A model generated the notes under the pieces. The model had not been told where the DNA came from. It ran no database searches and saw only the letters and a list, made by a program, of their open reading frames with translations. A DNA stretch of 64,000 nt from Podarcis filfolensis (taxonomy: Eukaryota). Below are positions 27,930-41,637 of the stretch, one piece after another. The stretch lies in the NCBI GenBank assembly GCA_964270895.1, contig OZ185441.1, one strand, 5' to 3'. The stretch's first letter is position 1, and each line of letters opens with the position of its first letter. The position numbers and the translations under genes were made by a program.

Positions 27930-28923
27930 GTTGTTGTTTTTTTCCCATTTAGGGCATTTTAGTGGGACTCCAGTTGGACCAGAGTGTACAGTCTTTGAGA
28001 CCTTTCCCAGCACAATCCCCATTGAAATAGGAGTTTTCTAAGAGGACAGATAATGACATTTTAAAATACCATATCAAGGACAGTTTGCACATGTGCCTTA
28101 GGCTGATTCACCAAGTGTTTGTTTGACCTATTTGGAACCTGAAGGGACAGAACAACTGGTGATTGAAAGAGCAGCCTCTGACCGCTGTGAATATGATTTT
28201 TTATTGATTTGGCCCTATACAGACACATTTAGAATTCAGAAATATGGTTACTGTAAAGCCTTGACTGAAGCTATTCCCCTGTAAAGGGCAGGCTCACAGC
28301 ATGGTCTGTGGGGAGCCTTGGGGAGGCCCAGTTTCAAATCCCCACTCAGCCATATAGCTTGTACCAGTCACTGTCTCTTGGCCTGAAGATAAAAGGGAAG
28401 GATAAAGAACTATGTATGTTGACTTGAGTTGATTGGAGGAAAATTGGGCTTTAGATGTAATACATTAAATATAAATATATTAGTGCAGAAATGCCATTTT
28501 TTCAAGAAAAGAGTGAATTTAACCCCTACAGACATGCTGTCCCTTTCTCCATTCTTCCCACTTTCCATATTGGGCAGCTTCCAGGTGGTAACCTGAGACA
28601 AAAGCGTGTTATTCCTTCCTCCTATAAAAATCCTCTCTTGTCTTAGGCTACCACCTGGTAGGGGAGGGGAAATCCGTATAGTCTGTGCTGTGGCCTTTAA
28701 GAAATTCCAAGTCACTAGTCAGGTGAACCATCTTTATGTGTGACTGCAAAGGCCATTCATGAGGAACAACAATTACAGAGAAGTGTTTTTGTTGCAATCT
28801 AGGATTACAGGAGAGTTGGTCTCAATATAATTTATGGTAATCAGAAGGTGCGTACCATGAACTAGAAATCAGTGACTTCAACAAATACATGACCGGTTAA
28901 GTAAATCTGTATCCATTTTTTAG

Positions 28924-29065
28924 GTATTTCTGTGAAGATGTAGATTTTAATCTGAGAACAAACAGTAGCGGCCTGCTTATCTGTTGCTTTAACAACTTCA
29001 GTCTCATGAAGAAACACATCCAGGTTGGAGGTCAAAAGGACTTTGCCATTAAGCCTAAAATCGTG
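28924..29065 (+). CDS. GREB1L: GREB1L coding exon 18/21
   Basis: tag|..|gtgagt; 142 nt; [47 protein letters not shown]; not in the ORF track. Confidence 0.93.
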
Positions 29066-29877
29066 GTGAGTACCATCGTTGAACAACAAGAAAACAAAAC
29101 AGTGCCTTTGCTTTCTTCAGTGACAACAGTTTCATTTTACCTCATAAGAAGAAAAGAAGAACTCTGATGGATCAGGCACAGGATCCATCTTGGTCAGTAT
29201 CCTGTTTTCACAGTAGCCAACCAGATGCCTATGGGAAGCCCGCAAGCAGGAAGACCCAAGAGCAACATGGATCTCTCTCCACTTGTGATTCCTAACAACT
29301 GGCCTTCAGAGGCATACTACCTGCTTGTGGTGAAATCTCTGGTGAAGGGGGAAGATTTTTAATAGCTGAGTGATTAGCTATCTCAAGGGGAAGCTATTTT
29401 GGCTATTGGAGCCTCCTAATAATGTACTCTGAGGGGTTTGCAGGGGAGCAAATATAACTTGCAAGAATTAAAATGCATTATTTGACTCCTATGTATACTA
29501 ATCTATTTGATACTTGAAACTGTAATCCAGGTCTGCATACAAATCCTGGCTTCCAGTCATAACCTTTTTTATCAGTTTTAGGTGAATGATAAAGGCAGGC
29601 ACACACCTGTTTGGGGGAAACTTGATGATTCAATGTGTTTCCTTTCATGTTGGCATATTGTTTTAAGAGCATGTTTCTGTCCTCCCAAACACTGACTCCT
29701 GACTGCTTGTGCTCTGTCTGTGAGCTCATTGGTGGTGCTAGAAGCTAATTGGAAGGTCCTTTGTAGGGCGGTGGGGGGGAGGTGTCTTTATAGCATGTCA
29801 TAAGCCCATATAACCCTAAATCGGGGTGGCAAACAATATCTGGAGACCCTAGGTTCTTCACTCCTTTCCTACATATT

Positions 29878-30392
29878 AGGGGCATGGGTGGTGCTGTGGT
29901 CTAAACCAGTGTTCCCCAACCTTGGGCCTCCAGCTGTTTTTGGACTATAATTCCCATCATCCTTGACCACTGGTCTTGCTAGCAAGGGATGATGGGAGTT
30001 GTAGTCCAAAAACAGCTGGAGGCCCAAGGTTGGGGAACACTGGTCTAAACCACTGAGCCTCTTGGGCTTGCTGATCGGAAGGTACAGATCCCCGCGACGG
30101 GGTGAGCCCCCATTGCTCTGTTTCAGCTCCTGCCAACCTAGCAGTTTGAAAGCATGCCAGTGCAAGTAGATAAGTAGGTATTGCTGCAGCGGGAAGGTAA
30201 ATGGTGTTTCCATGCACTCTGGTTTCCGTCACGGTGTTTTGTTGCGCCAGATGCGGTTTAGTCATGCTGGCCACATAACCTGGAAAGCTGCCTGTGGACA
30301 AACGCCAGCTCCCTTGGCCTGAAAGCAAAATGAGCGCCCCAACCCCATAGTCACCTTTGACTGGACTTAACCATCCAGGGGTCCTTTACCTT
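29878..30392 (+). mobile_element. Full-length Sauria-type SINE interrupted by a MITE
   Basis: Head GGGGCATGGGTGGTGCTGTGG, tail GGGGTCCTTTACCTTT; TACATATT at 29870-29877 and 30393-30400. Confidence 0.85.
29907..30042. mobile_element. Palindromic hAT (Charlie-like) MITE, 136 bp
   Basis: About 55-bp TIRs starting CAGTGTTCCCCAACCTTGGGCCTCCAGCTG (2 mismatches); TSD GTCTAAAC at 29899-29906 and 30043-30050. Confidence 0.9.
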
Positions 30393-30700
30393 TACATATT
30401 TCCATTGGCCTTAGTTTGTGACGTTTCATTCTGAAACTAAATTTGTTCATTTTTTTATTTTCTCTCTTTTTAATTAATAGTGGCATTCCCAGTGGGACTC
30501 TGGGAATAATTTAACAGTGAGGCATCTCTTCTTATGTTGTAGTCTGTTAATTTAAAAAATGCTAAGCAAATGGCTTAAAAGACAACAAAGGCCCTGTCAA
30601 CAGGGTTAAGCTACTAAAGATGGGATACATCAAGGGGGTATGAGCCTTTGAGGACCTTTATGTGTGCATACTAGACCTCTGTTCCCCATACATCCTAAAC

Positions 30701-30836
30701 CAGGCATGGCCAAGCTTGGCTCTCCAGATGTGTTGGGACTACAACTCCCATCATCCCTAGCTAGCAGGACCAGTGGTCAGGGATGATTAAAATTGTGGTC
30801 CCCAAACATCTGGAAGGCCAAGTCTGGCCATGCCTT
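30701..30836. mobile_element. hAT-type MITE, same family as 29907-30042
   Basis: Shared core ggactacaactcccatcatccc; CAGGCATGGCCAA / TGGCCATGCC ends; TSD degenerate. Confidence 0.75.
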
Positions 30837-31399
30837 TTAAACCATTGCTTCTTGGGCCTCCTTTTTGCTCTCCAAGGCTGTCCTTACTCACTTCCTGATT
30901 CCCCAACAGCACACAGCTTACTGCAGTCTTCCCATCTGTGTAGTCGTCATATGTAGCAGAACATCCATTGCATAGCAGGGCAACAAGAGAAGTTAAGAAA
31001 TCTCTTCAGAATTGACTCTGGCCTTTTCTACCTTGCCTGGTCTCAAATGACATGGCCACAGTCTTCCCACCCTTGCACCCAAGTACTATCTTAACCATTG
31101 CTCTGCTGCCAGTCGTTGGGCACATAACCAAAATGCAAAAATATCCAACTCGTTATATTTAGTGTATACTGTAGCTGTGTATATTTTGTGTGCTGCCTTC
31201 GCACCTGTTCATAGCAGTCAGTACATGCTTCTGAGGAGCATAATATAGCTGCATGGAGGCCTCTAGTATTAGCTGGTATTTTCTTGAAGTAATGAAAACC
31301 TTGTTAAAACTCCAGAGAGTAAGTGTTCTTCAAGTCTTATGATTCTTCTCAAGTTTGGAATTGGCACACGTTATCCTCAGGCAGCTGCCTGGTGATTGA

Positions 31400-31702
<303 letters not shown>

Positions 31703-32082
31703 TAAAAAACGGAAGATTGCAAGGCAACTGTGCCGTGATTTTCTTAGGTCATTAGCTTCCGTTTATGTTGCTGATGTACTGATATTGTTGTATTCAGTTG
31801 CTACAACCGGGGACCCATGAAAACTGACATTAGTTGCTCATACATTTCTACTCCTGCCCTTTTGTAGGCAGGATGATGCTTTTACATTTTTTGTGGACTA
31901 CTTCAATATTTTATTTTATTTTATGCAGTTACTCCTGAGTTGACTGTTTAGATGTTGGGGGTAGTAACTGCAATTTATTCACTGTTGTGGTGATGTTCCT
32001 GTTGGTAAGTTAGAGCATAAAACTTTAAAGAAAAAACAACAACTCAAACAAATATAACCATTTTTTCTCATTTCTGATTTAG

Positions 32083-32221
32083 GTAGCTCTTTGCTATGTC
32101 AGTTCACGGCCGCACTCTGTCAATGTCAACTGTGAAGGGGTATTTTTCAGTGGACTACTTCTATATCTTTGCGACTCCTTTGTAGGAGCAGATTTTCTTA
32201 AGAGGTTCAAGTTCCTGAAAG
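32083..32221 (+). CDS. GREB1L: GREB1L coding exon 20/21
   Basis: tag|..|gtaatg; 139 nt; [46 protein letters not shown]. Confidence 0.95.
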
Positions 32222-33130
32222 GTAATGTGATTTCTGTTCTGACCTTTTGTGTCTAGTGCTTGCTTAATGGTTTTCTAGCAGAGTAGATTGGGATGGCATT
32301 GTCCTTACATGCAGGAACTATAAAGCTCGTTGCAGGGTAATGGCAGGTGATATCACCATCCATGCCTGCTTCCTTTTTCTCTGGGGCCTTTTAGAACTGG
32401 GAACCATGGTAGTTGGCAGGAGCCTAAAAGACTGGTGGGAATATCGAGGCTCTGCAAGCCAAATCCATTGCAGACACATCTAGGGAAGCACAATCTCCTG
32501 GCAACTCAGGAAGTATCCCTTTTGTGAGTTAGTTAATTTGAGTTGCTTCGTTACTTGTAACTACTTTTTTGTACTTTTTTCTAAGGGTAGAAAAAACATT
32601 TGATTGTTCCACTTGCTTTTGACACCTGGTTAAAGGTGAAGTGGGAATTCTTCTTACAAATATGGTAAAATATTAGTAAAAATGCATGTTAGGCCTTTTA
32701 ATGTTAGGTATAATATGGTTACTTAACTCCCATTTAAGACTTGGCATTACAGTTGCAACTGGAAAAGCAGTTCCACCTTGTTGGAGCTTGATCGTTTTAC
32801 AGGTTACGATGACAGACCGTGTTTGAAGAAACATCACATTATCACTAGTGGCATATTATGGGCAATCTTATGATTAACGGTGTGGTGGCTTTGGCTTTCT
32901 TAGGAAGTAGAACCTGAAAGCTGTTTCCTGAAGAGGATAGTGGAAATCTGAAAAACGTGGGTTGAGGGAGTGCTGTGTACTGTATACAGTGAAATTAGGC
33001 TGGGAAAGGTGCATACCTTACTTTTGTATATGTAATATTTCCAAGGAGGGAGAAATATAAGAAAATTAACAAAACAAACAAACATGGAAATGAAATGGTG
33101 GTATAAACTGTCCTTTGTTTTTTAACCTAA

Positions 33131-33295
<165 letters not shown>

Positions 33296-34499
33296 GTTTG
33301 AGAGGAAACAAATGGCAAAGGAAAAGAACAGAACCTGAGAAGTCGGATTGTGTCTTTTCCCCCCTTTCTTTGAAAGTACAATCACTGTGGAGCAAAGTGC
33401 AACCAATATTTATGTTCACTACTCTTAAGGATCCCCCAAATTTCTAACCCAGACTTTATTTTTTATGACTGAAAAGTGAATTGATTCAAGTTGATTCCTC
33501 GTGGGTCACTGTTACGTAATGGCATACCCATGATGACCCATGATGTGGAGAATAACATTTTGGCGGATGGCAAGTTCTCCTGATCGCTTTATACTATGCT
33601 AAAGGAGAATTAAACAGACTTTTGGCATCTATCAGCTTGAATGTGTTACATGCGGTTCACAGTAAGAATGTGGAATTATTTGAAGATAATATGCTGAGGA
33701 ATGCTGTCCATTTCTCTTCATATCTGTACTTTTGGTACGGTATAACTCAGGGGTTTGAAAAGACAAAAAGTAACCTAGAATTGTGTGTTTGAAAGATTAT
33801 TTTTTGTTCACTTTCTGTGCAGTGTTAGCTTAAGGTTTGTAATTTTATATGTATTGAAACTTTTGGCAAAATTTCCACAAAAGTTAAAGTTTACTACATA
33901 AGCCTGAACAAATTGATGAATGTAAGGCAGGCATTGTGTGCACATGCTGGTTTGTCAGGACAGCTGTTATTTCACCTTTTGGGGTGAAATATTGGTCTGA
34001 ATGGAAAGATCTTCAACTCAGTAGGTGATCAGCCTTTTCTCTTTGGTAGCATGCCAAGCCATGTGCAGGAACCTATTTTTGCACATGGATCAATCTTGAC
34101 AACCAGCCTTCTTATTCATATTGTCTCATCGGTGTGCTTAAACTCCACCAAAATGATGTAATCCTCAGTACTATCAGAAATCATTTTGAGGTGACAAATC
34201 AGCCTTCTAGCTTGTTCTCACACAGCAGAAGTTCCTTTATTTCTTTTTGCAGTCGGTGTCTCGCTTGCTTCAACTTTCTCTATAGTTTTTTGGGTAGAGA
34301 ATGCTATATGTGTGCTTTTATGGAGAGCATTTACTAACCCATGAAAAACAGACGAACCATAGGCCAGAAGCGTGAAGTATTTAATGGCTGAAGCAAGCTG
34401 AGCCACAAGTTCTGAGAGCCATAAAGTCCATTAAAATAACTTCTAACTGAATTGGGACCAACAGCAGGAGCTGTGTGTTTATATACATACATACATACA

Positions 34500-34531
<32 letters not shown>

Positions 34532-37150
34532 AATAAAGGTCTTAAGCACACCTGGAAAAGTTGGCCAGGTCATTTTAACTATTTAGGGCTTGATCTAATG
34601 GAGCACAACTCCAGCACCTGTGTTCCACTGAGTTCAATAGAGCTGTTTTTTTCCAACTCCCCAATGCAAGCACATGGGCATAAACGGCATAAACAGGTAG
34701 CATGAAAAGACAGTGGAAGGAATGGAAAGTCTGAGAGCACGTTCCATATTTTTACTGTTGCACCATACAAGTTCCTTTTGGTCCTAAACATAAGTAGCAT
34801 ACAAGGCACAGAAATAGAAGGGGGGGTGATACAGGAGGTGGGCACAGATCTCCTGTCGCTGGAAGTGCCCTTGTAATGCCTCAGTACATGCTTGTTTTGA
34901 TGGAAACAGATACAGCAGAACTCAGCTGGGGTCCATAGAATTCTTTCATCTGTAGGTACTGAATGCGTGTGCTTAACTGGATCAAGCTCTGTGCTTTGTT
35001 TGAATTAGAGAGGTGTTAAAATAACACTATTTTTAAATAGGCTGTGAATTGTTTTAAGAGTGGGTTTCTTTATACCAGCACTTTGTGCTGTGAAATATGC
35101 TGAGAGTTTAAATGAGTACGGTACAATCAGGGCTTCATAATGCAGTTAACATTTATGGATAGAATTCACTTCCTTTTTCCTACTCTGCTTTTTCCAGCTT
35201 TTCCTACTGTTACGCTTTGTGGTGGTTCTTCCTTCACTGCCATTCTTACACTTTTTCTTGTCACACCAATATTTTATATGCAGCCCGTTTTCATCTTGTT
35301 AGTGAGAATTTCATTCAGTGCATTACACTTATTATGATCTAAATATAATTAAGAACACAAAAAGTCGATTAAGAAGCACCTGCCAAACTGCATTTAGAAC
35401 AAAAGTGTTAATTGTACAACTTTTTAAGCTTGTGAAAAAAGCTGTTTACAAATAATGAAAAGCATAATATATTGATTGAAGTTGAAAAGGAAAATAATGG
35501 TTTTCATACCTGTTCATTTTATTATAGCTTTATGTAAATGTAGCATGTTTCAAATGAACGATTGTTTACTTTAGTGTAGGTTATTTGGGATTTTTTGTAC
35601 CCATAAAAAATCTGCCTTATACTTAATGAGTACCTTAATTTTTGTTTGGTAGGAGGTTATGTAAGAACTGCAGTTAGGAACTACAAGGCTGGTGTATTCA
35701 CTGTGTAGCCTGTTAAGACACATGTAGAATTACTGGCATTTTAGGGTCTTGTTCTGGTTTCGTTGGCTGAACTTAATACCTGCATAAGGTGAATTTGTGA
35801 AAGTTTCCATTTTAATGCAAACTTTGCAGATAAAAAATCTTTCAAAAAATCTTTGTATATATGATGTTTGCACTAAGTTCTTAAAATTCCATGTGCTGAG
35901 AGTGATTAGACCCTTGGTAAAGAGGTACAAGAATATGTGTAAGTTGAGAACTTGGAGGCTAAGCGCCTTTTCACACAATCAGGGTTTTTTGGCCATATTT
36001 GTAGCAGACTGTCTACATACCATCTCAGAACAGTTTGTGTTTATGGGTATCAGTTTCTAAGCACTATATTCTCTACCTAGAAAAATGTACTATCTCCTTG
36101 ACAGCATATTCTTATCCTTACTTGATACACTGCTTTCTGAACATGGTTTTCAGTAGTATTAGTTCAAAGTAATTGCCTGAAGCTCTTGCCCCTCACATTG
36201 CTACCCCACTTATGCAGTTTTTGGTTAGGGTTTTTACTAGTGCACTCCACTGACCAACACGTGCAGAAATATTTTAAATCATTGTTGGAAATAAAGAAGC
36301 TCAACTACTCTGTTATATTGGGGAATGCTTTGTGTAGAAAGATTCTGGTTACATCTATTTTCTTTCTGTATTGGACAAGAGCACATTCAAAGCATTGTCA
36401 CTTAGGCAAAGAAATGAGTTTTGGTTGAATTCCAGCTGAAATGTATTCGGAAATTAATTACTGACATCCATATGCTTTAATAATGCAAGCTCTCTAAATG
36501 ATTTTACGGGACAGTACATCAGAAAAAGATACCAGATGCTACAATCTAATATTTTGGTTACAAGCCTTGCCAGCAAGGCAGTGACATGAATGTATTAAAG
36601 AGGCCAGCATTATTTTACCGGTAGACTTGTCAAATATAAGTAGTTAAGACACCGGTTAATATTGAATGTAATCTGTAATTATAAAACAAATCACTCATAT
36701 CTGTAATTTATGCAGTTGTTTTGTGTTACCTCTGAAAAGGGTTTAAATATTTTTCTTAGGACTGCTTCACTCCTGACCAATTTCCTATACTGGTAATTTT
36801 TATTTCTAGGGTGAAAGGTATGCAAACTGTAAATCCGTAAGTGTGATTATCCCATGTCAGATTTGTTACAATATATGTATATATAACAAATCTGTGTTGT
36901 AGGCATCATATATGTTGCTCTGCATTGTCTGCCTGCTTTTTCTCTATGTAGGGGTACATATTCTCTCTGTGTAAGAAGTTCATCAGGTCTGAAGCAATCC
37001 TTGATGTAAAATTCTCTTAACCAAAGCTTGGTGAATTTAGCTTCACTAGCCAGTCTACCTCACATTTTATTGTTTGAATTGAAATTGTCTGCAATTGTGG
37101 CTATAGTATGTTTATAATGTTCTTTCATTAAATTCAATTAATGTTATCAC
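33296..37150 (+). other. GREB1L: Putative long GREB1L 3'UTR (end uncertain)
   Basis: AT-rich, no recognisable TE; candidate signals AATAAA 34532 and 36290, ATTAAA 36594 and 37127. Confidence 0.45.
34483..34529. repeat. (ATAC)n tetranucleotide repeat
   Basis: About 11 ATAC units, immediately followed by AATAAA. Confidence 0.95.
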
Positions 37151-37210
37151 ATTACCATTCAAGAGTCTGTCTTATTCTTAAAATTGCGGAAAATCTCCTG
37201 CCATCAAACT

Positions 37211-37216
37211 TTTATT
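37211..37216 (-). terminator. ESCO1: Candidate ESCO1 polyadenylation signal
   Basis: AATAAA on minus strand about 1 kb past the stop; alternative at 37066-37071. Confidence 0.4.
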
Positions 37217-38193
37217 TGGTGAAAAAGCAGCACTTTTTAAATCTGTGTTTCCAGTGTTACACTAACAATGTAAAGGTAAGTGGTGTTTTGAGCTGCAATG
37301 CCTACATGTTGTAGGGCTTCCTAGAGGTAGTTCACCAGCTACTACTGGAAATGAGATAGACTCTTGTCAGTCAGTCTCATTTTAGACTGAAAATTTTCAT
37401 AGTGACACTAGGAACCTGATATATTAGGTCTTCAAAATTTAGCTAGCATAGTTGGTAATCACCCCATCATTTTGATATAATAATCAGACTAGTGTTTCAA
37501 TCAACTTTTTAATATTCAACCATATCAAAGGCATTGATTAAATTTACTGAGCATTAGTACATTATTTTAAAATTATCAAATACTTTACTTTTAATCTACA
37601 TTATATACAGGTCAAGAAAGGCCACAGCAGTTTTTCAACATATGCACCCTCTGAAATTGGAGGGATTTTGGATAAAGTATCAAAGTGAAGTCCACAAAAA
37701 AAGTATGCTATTGCTGAAAAAAGTCAGGGCTTCCTCCTTCTCAGGCTAATCTATTCAATACTGTCTTTTTTAAAACATTGTTTTCCATTCAAAGTGTATT
37801 TGGAAACTAAACAATGTCATGCTGTAGAACATCTTTTAGCGATGATATGTATGTATAGGCTCTTATTGAAAAGAAATGCTGTCACTGCCCTGGTATATTA
37901 CTTCATTGTGAACTTCAAAATGTACTTTAAAGGCGACCACAGTTCTTGCACTAGTTGACAGTCCACTATGAACAATTATATACTGCATGTAAACATGACT
38001 AAGTTACTATAGATATAATACATTCTTTATATAAAAAATAGCCCTTAAAAAAATTACCCTACTTTTTGTACTGTTTACAGTTAACAAAATACAGCAACCA
38101 CATTTTGGTTGTTACTACTCCTGAGTTAACTGCTAGGAAGTGCCCCATTCTCTGTCTGCAGCTGGGCAATAATTTTGCTATAAAATTTCCACT

Positions 38194-38341
38194 CTAAGCA
38201 GGTTGTTGTCCACTGAGAAAGTTATATACCAGGAACTGACTAGTACCAAAGTACCGTGTTGCAAACAGTTTTCCATCAGGGGTAGGATCAGAAAAGGCGA
38301 TTTCTTCTTTACTCAAATATGAGCCATATATAAAGTTACTC
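38194..38341 (-). CDS. ESCO1: N-acetyltransferase ESCO1, last coding exon with TAG stop
   Basis: cag|; 148 nt; [48 protein letters not shown]. Confidence 0.96.
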
Positions 38342-39499
38342 CTGTTTAAAGATATTTTTAAAAGGAATAGCGTTAACATATACAGGTACCATGTTATTTG
38401 ATCAAATAATCCCCATCAATCAAGTGAAACGACTAGCACCATCAAATGCCACCCTATTTCCATGTTTTTTAAAAAGCAGTTTTAAAGACTAGAGGGGAGG
38501 GTAAGAAGAGAAATTACAACAGTTCACACAACTTTTGAAATATGACTACTCTCTGGACTCATAGTTACGATGAAACAGAAGGCTTCCAATGAAATAATAG
38601 CAAATAAAGTGAAAAATGTGACTGGCTGACTATTTACTTTTTATGTTTTGCAAGCATGCTTATTTAGATTAATATTCTGATTTGTGAAGCACTTTAGAGT
38701 ATTCAAATGACTGTATAAAATGCTAAATATTTTGGGAACTATTCAACTGTGTCTTGTCCAAGAGTGGAATGAGATTCCCCCTTTCCTCCTCCAAAATCTA
38801 CCCCTTGCAGTATCTGCCATGTTCCACAAATCTGGAGGACATCAATGCGATCTGTGATTTGATGCTGGCTTTCATCTGGTACCTTGTGAAAATCATGAGG
38901 AACTGGGCTTTGGGTCCATGAACTGCTCTGTAAAAATAGTCTATCCAATACTATAAGATATATCCACCCAACTGGGAAAGCCACAGCTGTGGGGTGCTGT
39001 TGAGGCCTCTGGCTTATTTGGATGGAGAGAACTACATAACTGCTCCCCAGTCATTCAGCCCTCTCTCATGGGACTTTTGTTGGGGAGGAGATCCAAAAAG
39101 CTCCCACTCCCTCTCCACAGAAGGGGGGGGACCCTGTGGTTATTGCTGCTAAAAATGTGCCTTGCCAGTTCCCTTTCACAAACACACTATCTTTTTGTTC
39201 CTTATTGACACATCCACCGTAGCACATTCTCTCCTCACCTCTGGCTAGAATTGAGAAGGGAAGGGCAAAGATTGTAGGGCATTTTAAAACCCTGTACAGA
39301 GGCCAAAGAAAGTGGAACTATTCTTAACAGACAGCAGAGGTGGAAAAAGCCTTCAACCAACTAGTTTTTGTTTGTTTCTAAGGACTGAGATCCTCACGTG
39401 GGTATCAGGGATGGTATATGTGTGCCTGCAGGCACCATGATGGGGACTCCAGTCCTATCCTTAACACATTTCATACTAAAATACAAAATAAATGTTTAC

Positions 39500-39687
39500 C
39501 TCAAACATTCTAACATCCGAGAAGCAATTTTCTTCCGACGCATCATGCTAAACACCCAGATGCGACTAATTCCACAGATAGCAGGCTCAGGAGACGTTGA
39601 GCAGCACCAAGCCTTTTGCCTTTCAAATGTGACTTTCTCGTTTTCTGAACTAACTTCTGGTATCTTTTCTTCGATAACTCTGTACCC
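39500..39687 (-). CDS. ESCO1: ESCO1 coding exon 8/9 (acetyltransferase domain)
   Basis: tag|..|gtaaac; 188 nt; GYRVIEEKIPE...AICGISRIWVFSMMRRKKIASRMLECL(R). Confidence 0.96.
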
Positions 39688-40519
39688 CTAGAGAACAAAC
39701 CTAGCTTCAGCATACTTTACCAATGCAAAGTGCACTAAAACAGCTAATGTAAGGTGAACTTGTCTATTATAGATGTTTACATTACTACCTCCTTTCATAA
39801 TTTTGTTCAGTCACACTGTTGCCATTTTTATTACAAGCAAAAGAACAAAAAGCAGGAAGCTTTTGTGTTTCAAACTGAGAAATCGTCTGCTAGAGTCAAC
39901 AGTCACTCCCCTACAATGTGGAACTTTAGAAGTTAATTAGGGTATATGGTCTGCACCAGTCCCCCTCAGGGTGTGTCTGTCCTCTGACCAGCTGGGCCAG
40001 CATACAATTCATCTTGACAGTATCCCTCATTCGGACGTATTTTTTTGGGGTAGAAGGAAATACCTCATTAAAAAAACACCCCCCAGCTATGTTCTTTATG
40101 GTATCTGAGCAGAACTAGAGAACATTGTCTTCAGGCAGCTTGGAGCTTGCAACGGACAAACAGAATTCTGAGTAAACCCACTTACAGAAGACATTCCAGA
40201 TTGCTTCAGGCATAAAGCTAACAGCCCATTTTATAAAGGAAAACAGTTCCCATATGCTAGTCCTTCCCTCCGCAAACAGTTCACATTGCCCATTACAGAA
40301 AGGGTTACTGCCAGCTGTGTCAAGAAGCATATGGAAGTTTAAAAACAGAACAAAAGCCAAAAGCCAGCCTTCAACATAACTCAGAAGACTGAGCCACTTG
40401 CAAATAATGCTCTTTATAGTATGGCCTACCCACAGAAAATACTACAAAAATGAAGAGAGCTTAAAAAAAACCACCCAATGAATGAAGAAGAAACTTGTTC
40501 TGGACACAGCCTTACTCAC

Positions 40520-40660
40520 CCATTGGATATGTTCAGCGATTAAGCATCCTGTTACTTTTTTATCATTAGAAATAAATAACAGTGTCTTAGTTCTGGAGCA
40601 TGTAAGAGGAGCTTGTTGAAATCCCAGATCATTATCTACCATCTCTCTGATTTCGTCAAC
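40520..40660 (-). CDS. ESCO1: ESCO1 coding exon 7/9
   Basis: cag|..|gtgagt; 141 nt; VDEIREMVDNDLGFQQAPLTCSRTKTLLFISNDKKVTGCLIAEHIQW. Confidence 0.96.
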
Positions 40661-41508
40661 CTGCCAAAAATTGCATAATATAATTATACCCAGTATATTC
40701 ACAAGTAAAAAAAGATTTTTTTAAAATAAGTTCTAGGTCTACTGAAGAATCTGTAAATAAATAAAGAAAACTGCAACAATGAATATCTTGGAAAAGAACA
40801 ATGATTGTTTATTACTGCACAAAAAATCAATTTGTGTCTTTGTTGAAATATTAAAAGGGACTATGGGAACTTTTTATTTTAAAAATAACCACGCACAGTT
40901 GGACATATGAACAACAGTAATTCTTCCTTGTTCCCTGTTACAGTAACTCAACAGAACTCCAAAGCAAGCTGTTCATTGTTCTGGGAATTTGAGTTTCAGC
41001 CCTGCCACATAAATACTTATATTTATCAAGTGATTATATGTTATATTGAACTCAGAAATGCCATTAACAAAATGAAAATGAGCCACACTAGTCAAGCAAT
41101 CAGCTTTAGCTGATTAATATAGTGAATAACGTCATCTAGAAAAAAAGTTCCAAAACATAACAACTTCAGCTACAGGTTTAGGAAGAATCTAAACATTTAA
41201 AAAGGAAATAGCTTCAATGTACTCCACCAGGAATGCTGTCTTTTCACAGTCAATCAGCTATAAGCCACAGGATCCCTGTTTTCCCACTCCTTTCTTTGGC
41301 ATGCGTGCCCAGGGATACTTAGACACATGTTCCCACCCAATCTGTTCAGTCAAGGAAAGCAATATTGCTGCTTCCTCTTCCTTGATTTGGCAAATGAGGT
41401 GGGCTAGATGGGGATATGGCAGGTGTGCCTTCTATTTCCTGACATGGCCTGGTACAGTTCCTGTGTGTACACCACTTCACACACACCAGTGAGAAAGATG
41501 GTTTAGAC

Positions 41509-41637
41509 TCAGCCTGTGGGTCCCCAGATGTTGTTGGACTACAACTCCCATCATCCCTGAGCTCTGGCCTTGCTAGCTAGGGGTGATGGGAGTCGTAGTT
41601 CAACAACATCTGGGGAACCACAGGTTGAGAAAGGCTA
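41509..41637. mobile_element. hAT-type MITE, left TIR partly deleted
   Basis: Core ggactacaactcccatcatccc; GTTTAGAC / GTTTAGAA flanks at 41501-41508 and 41638-41645. Confidence 0.75.
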
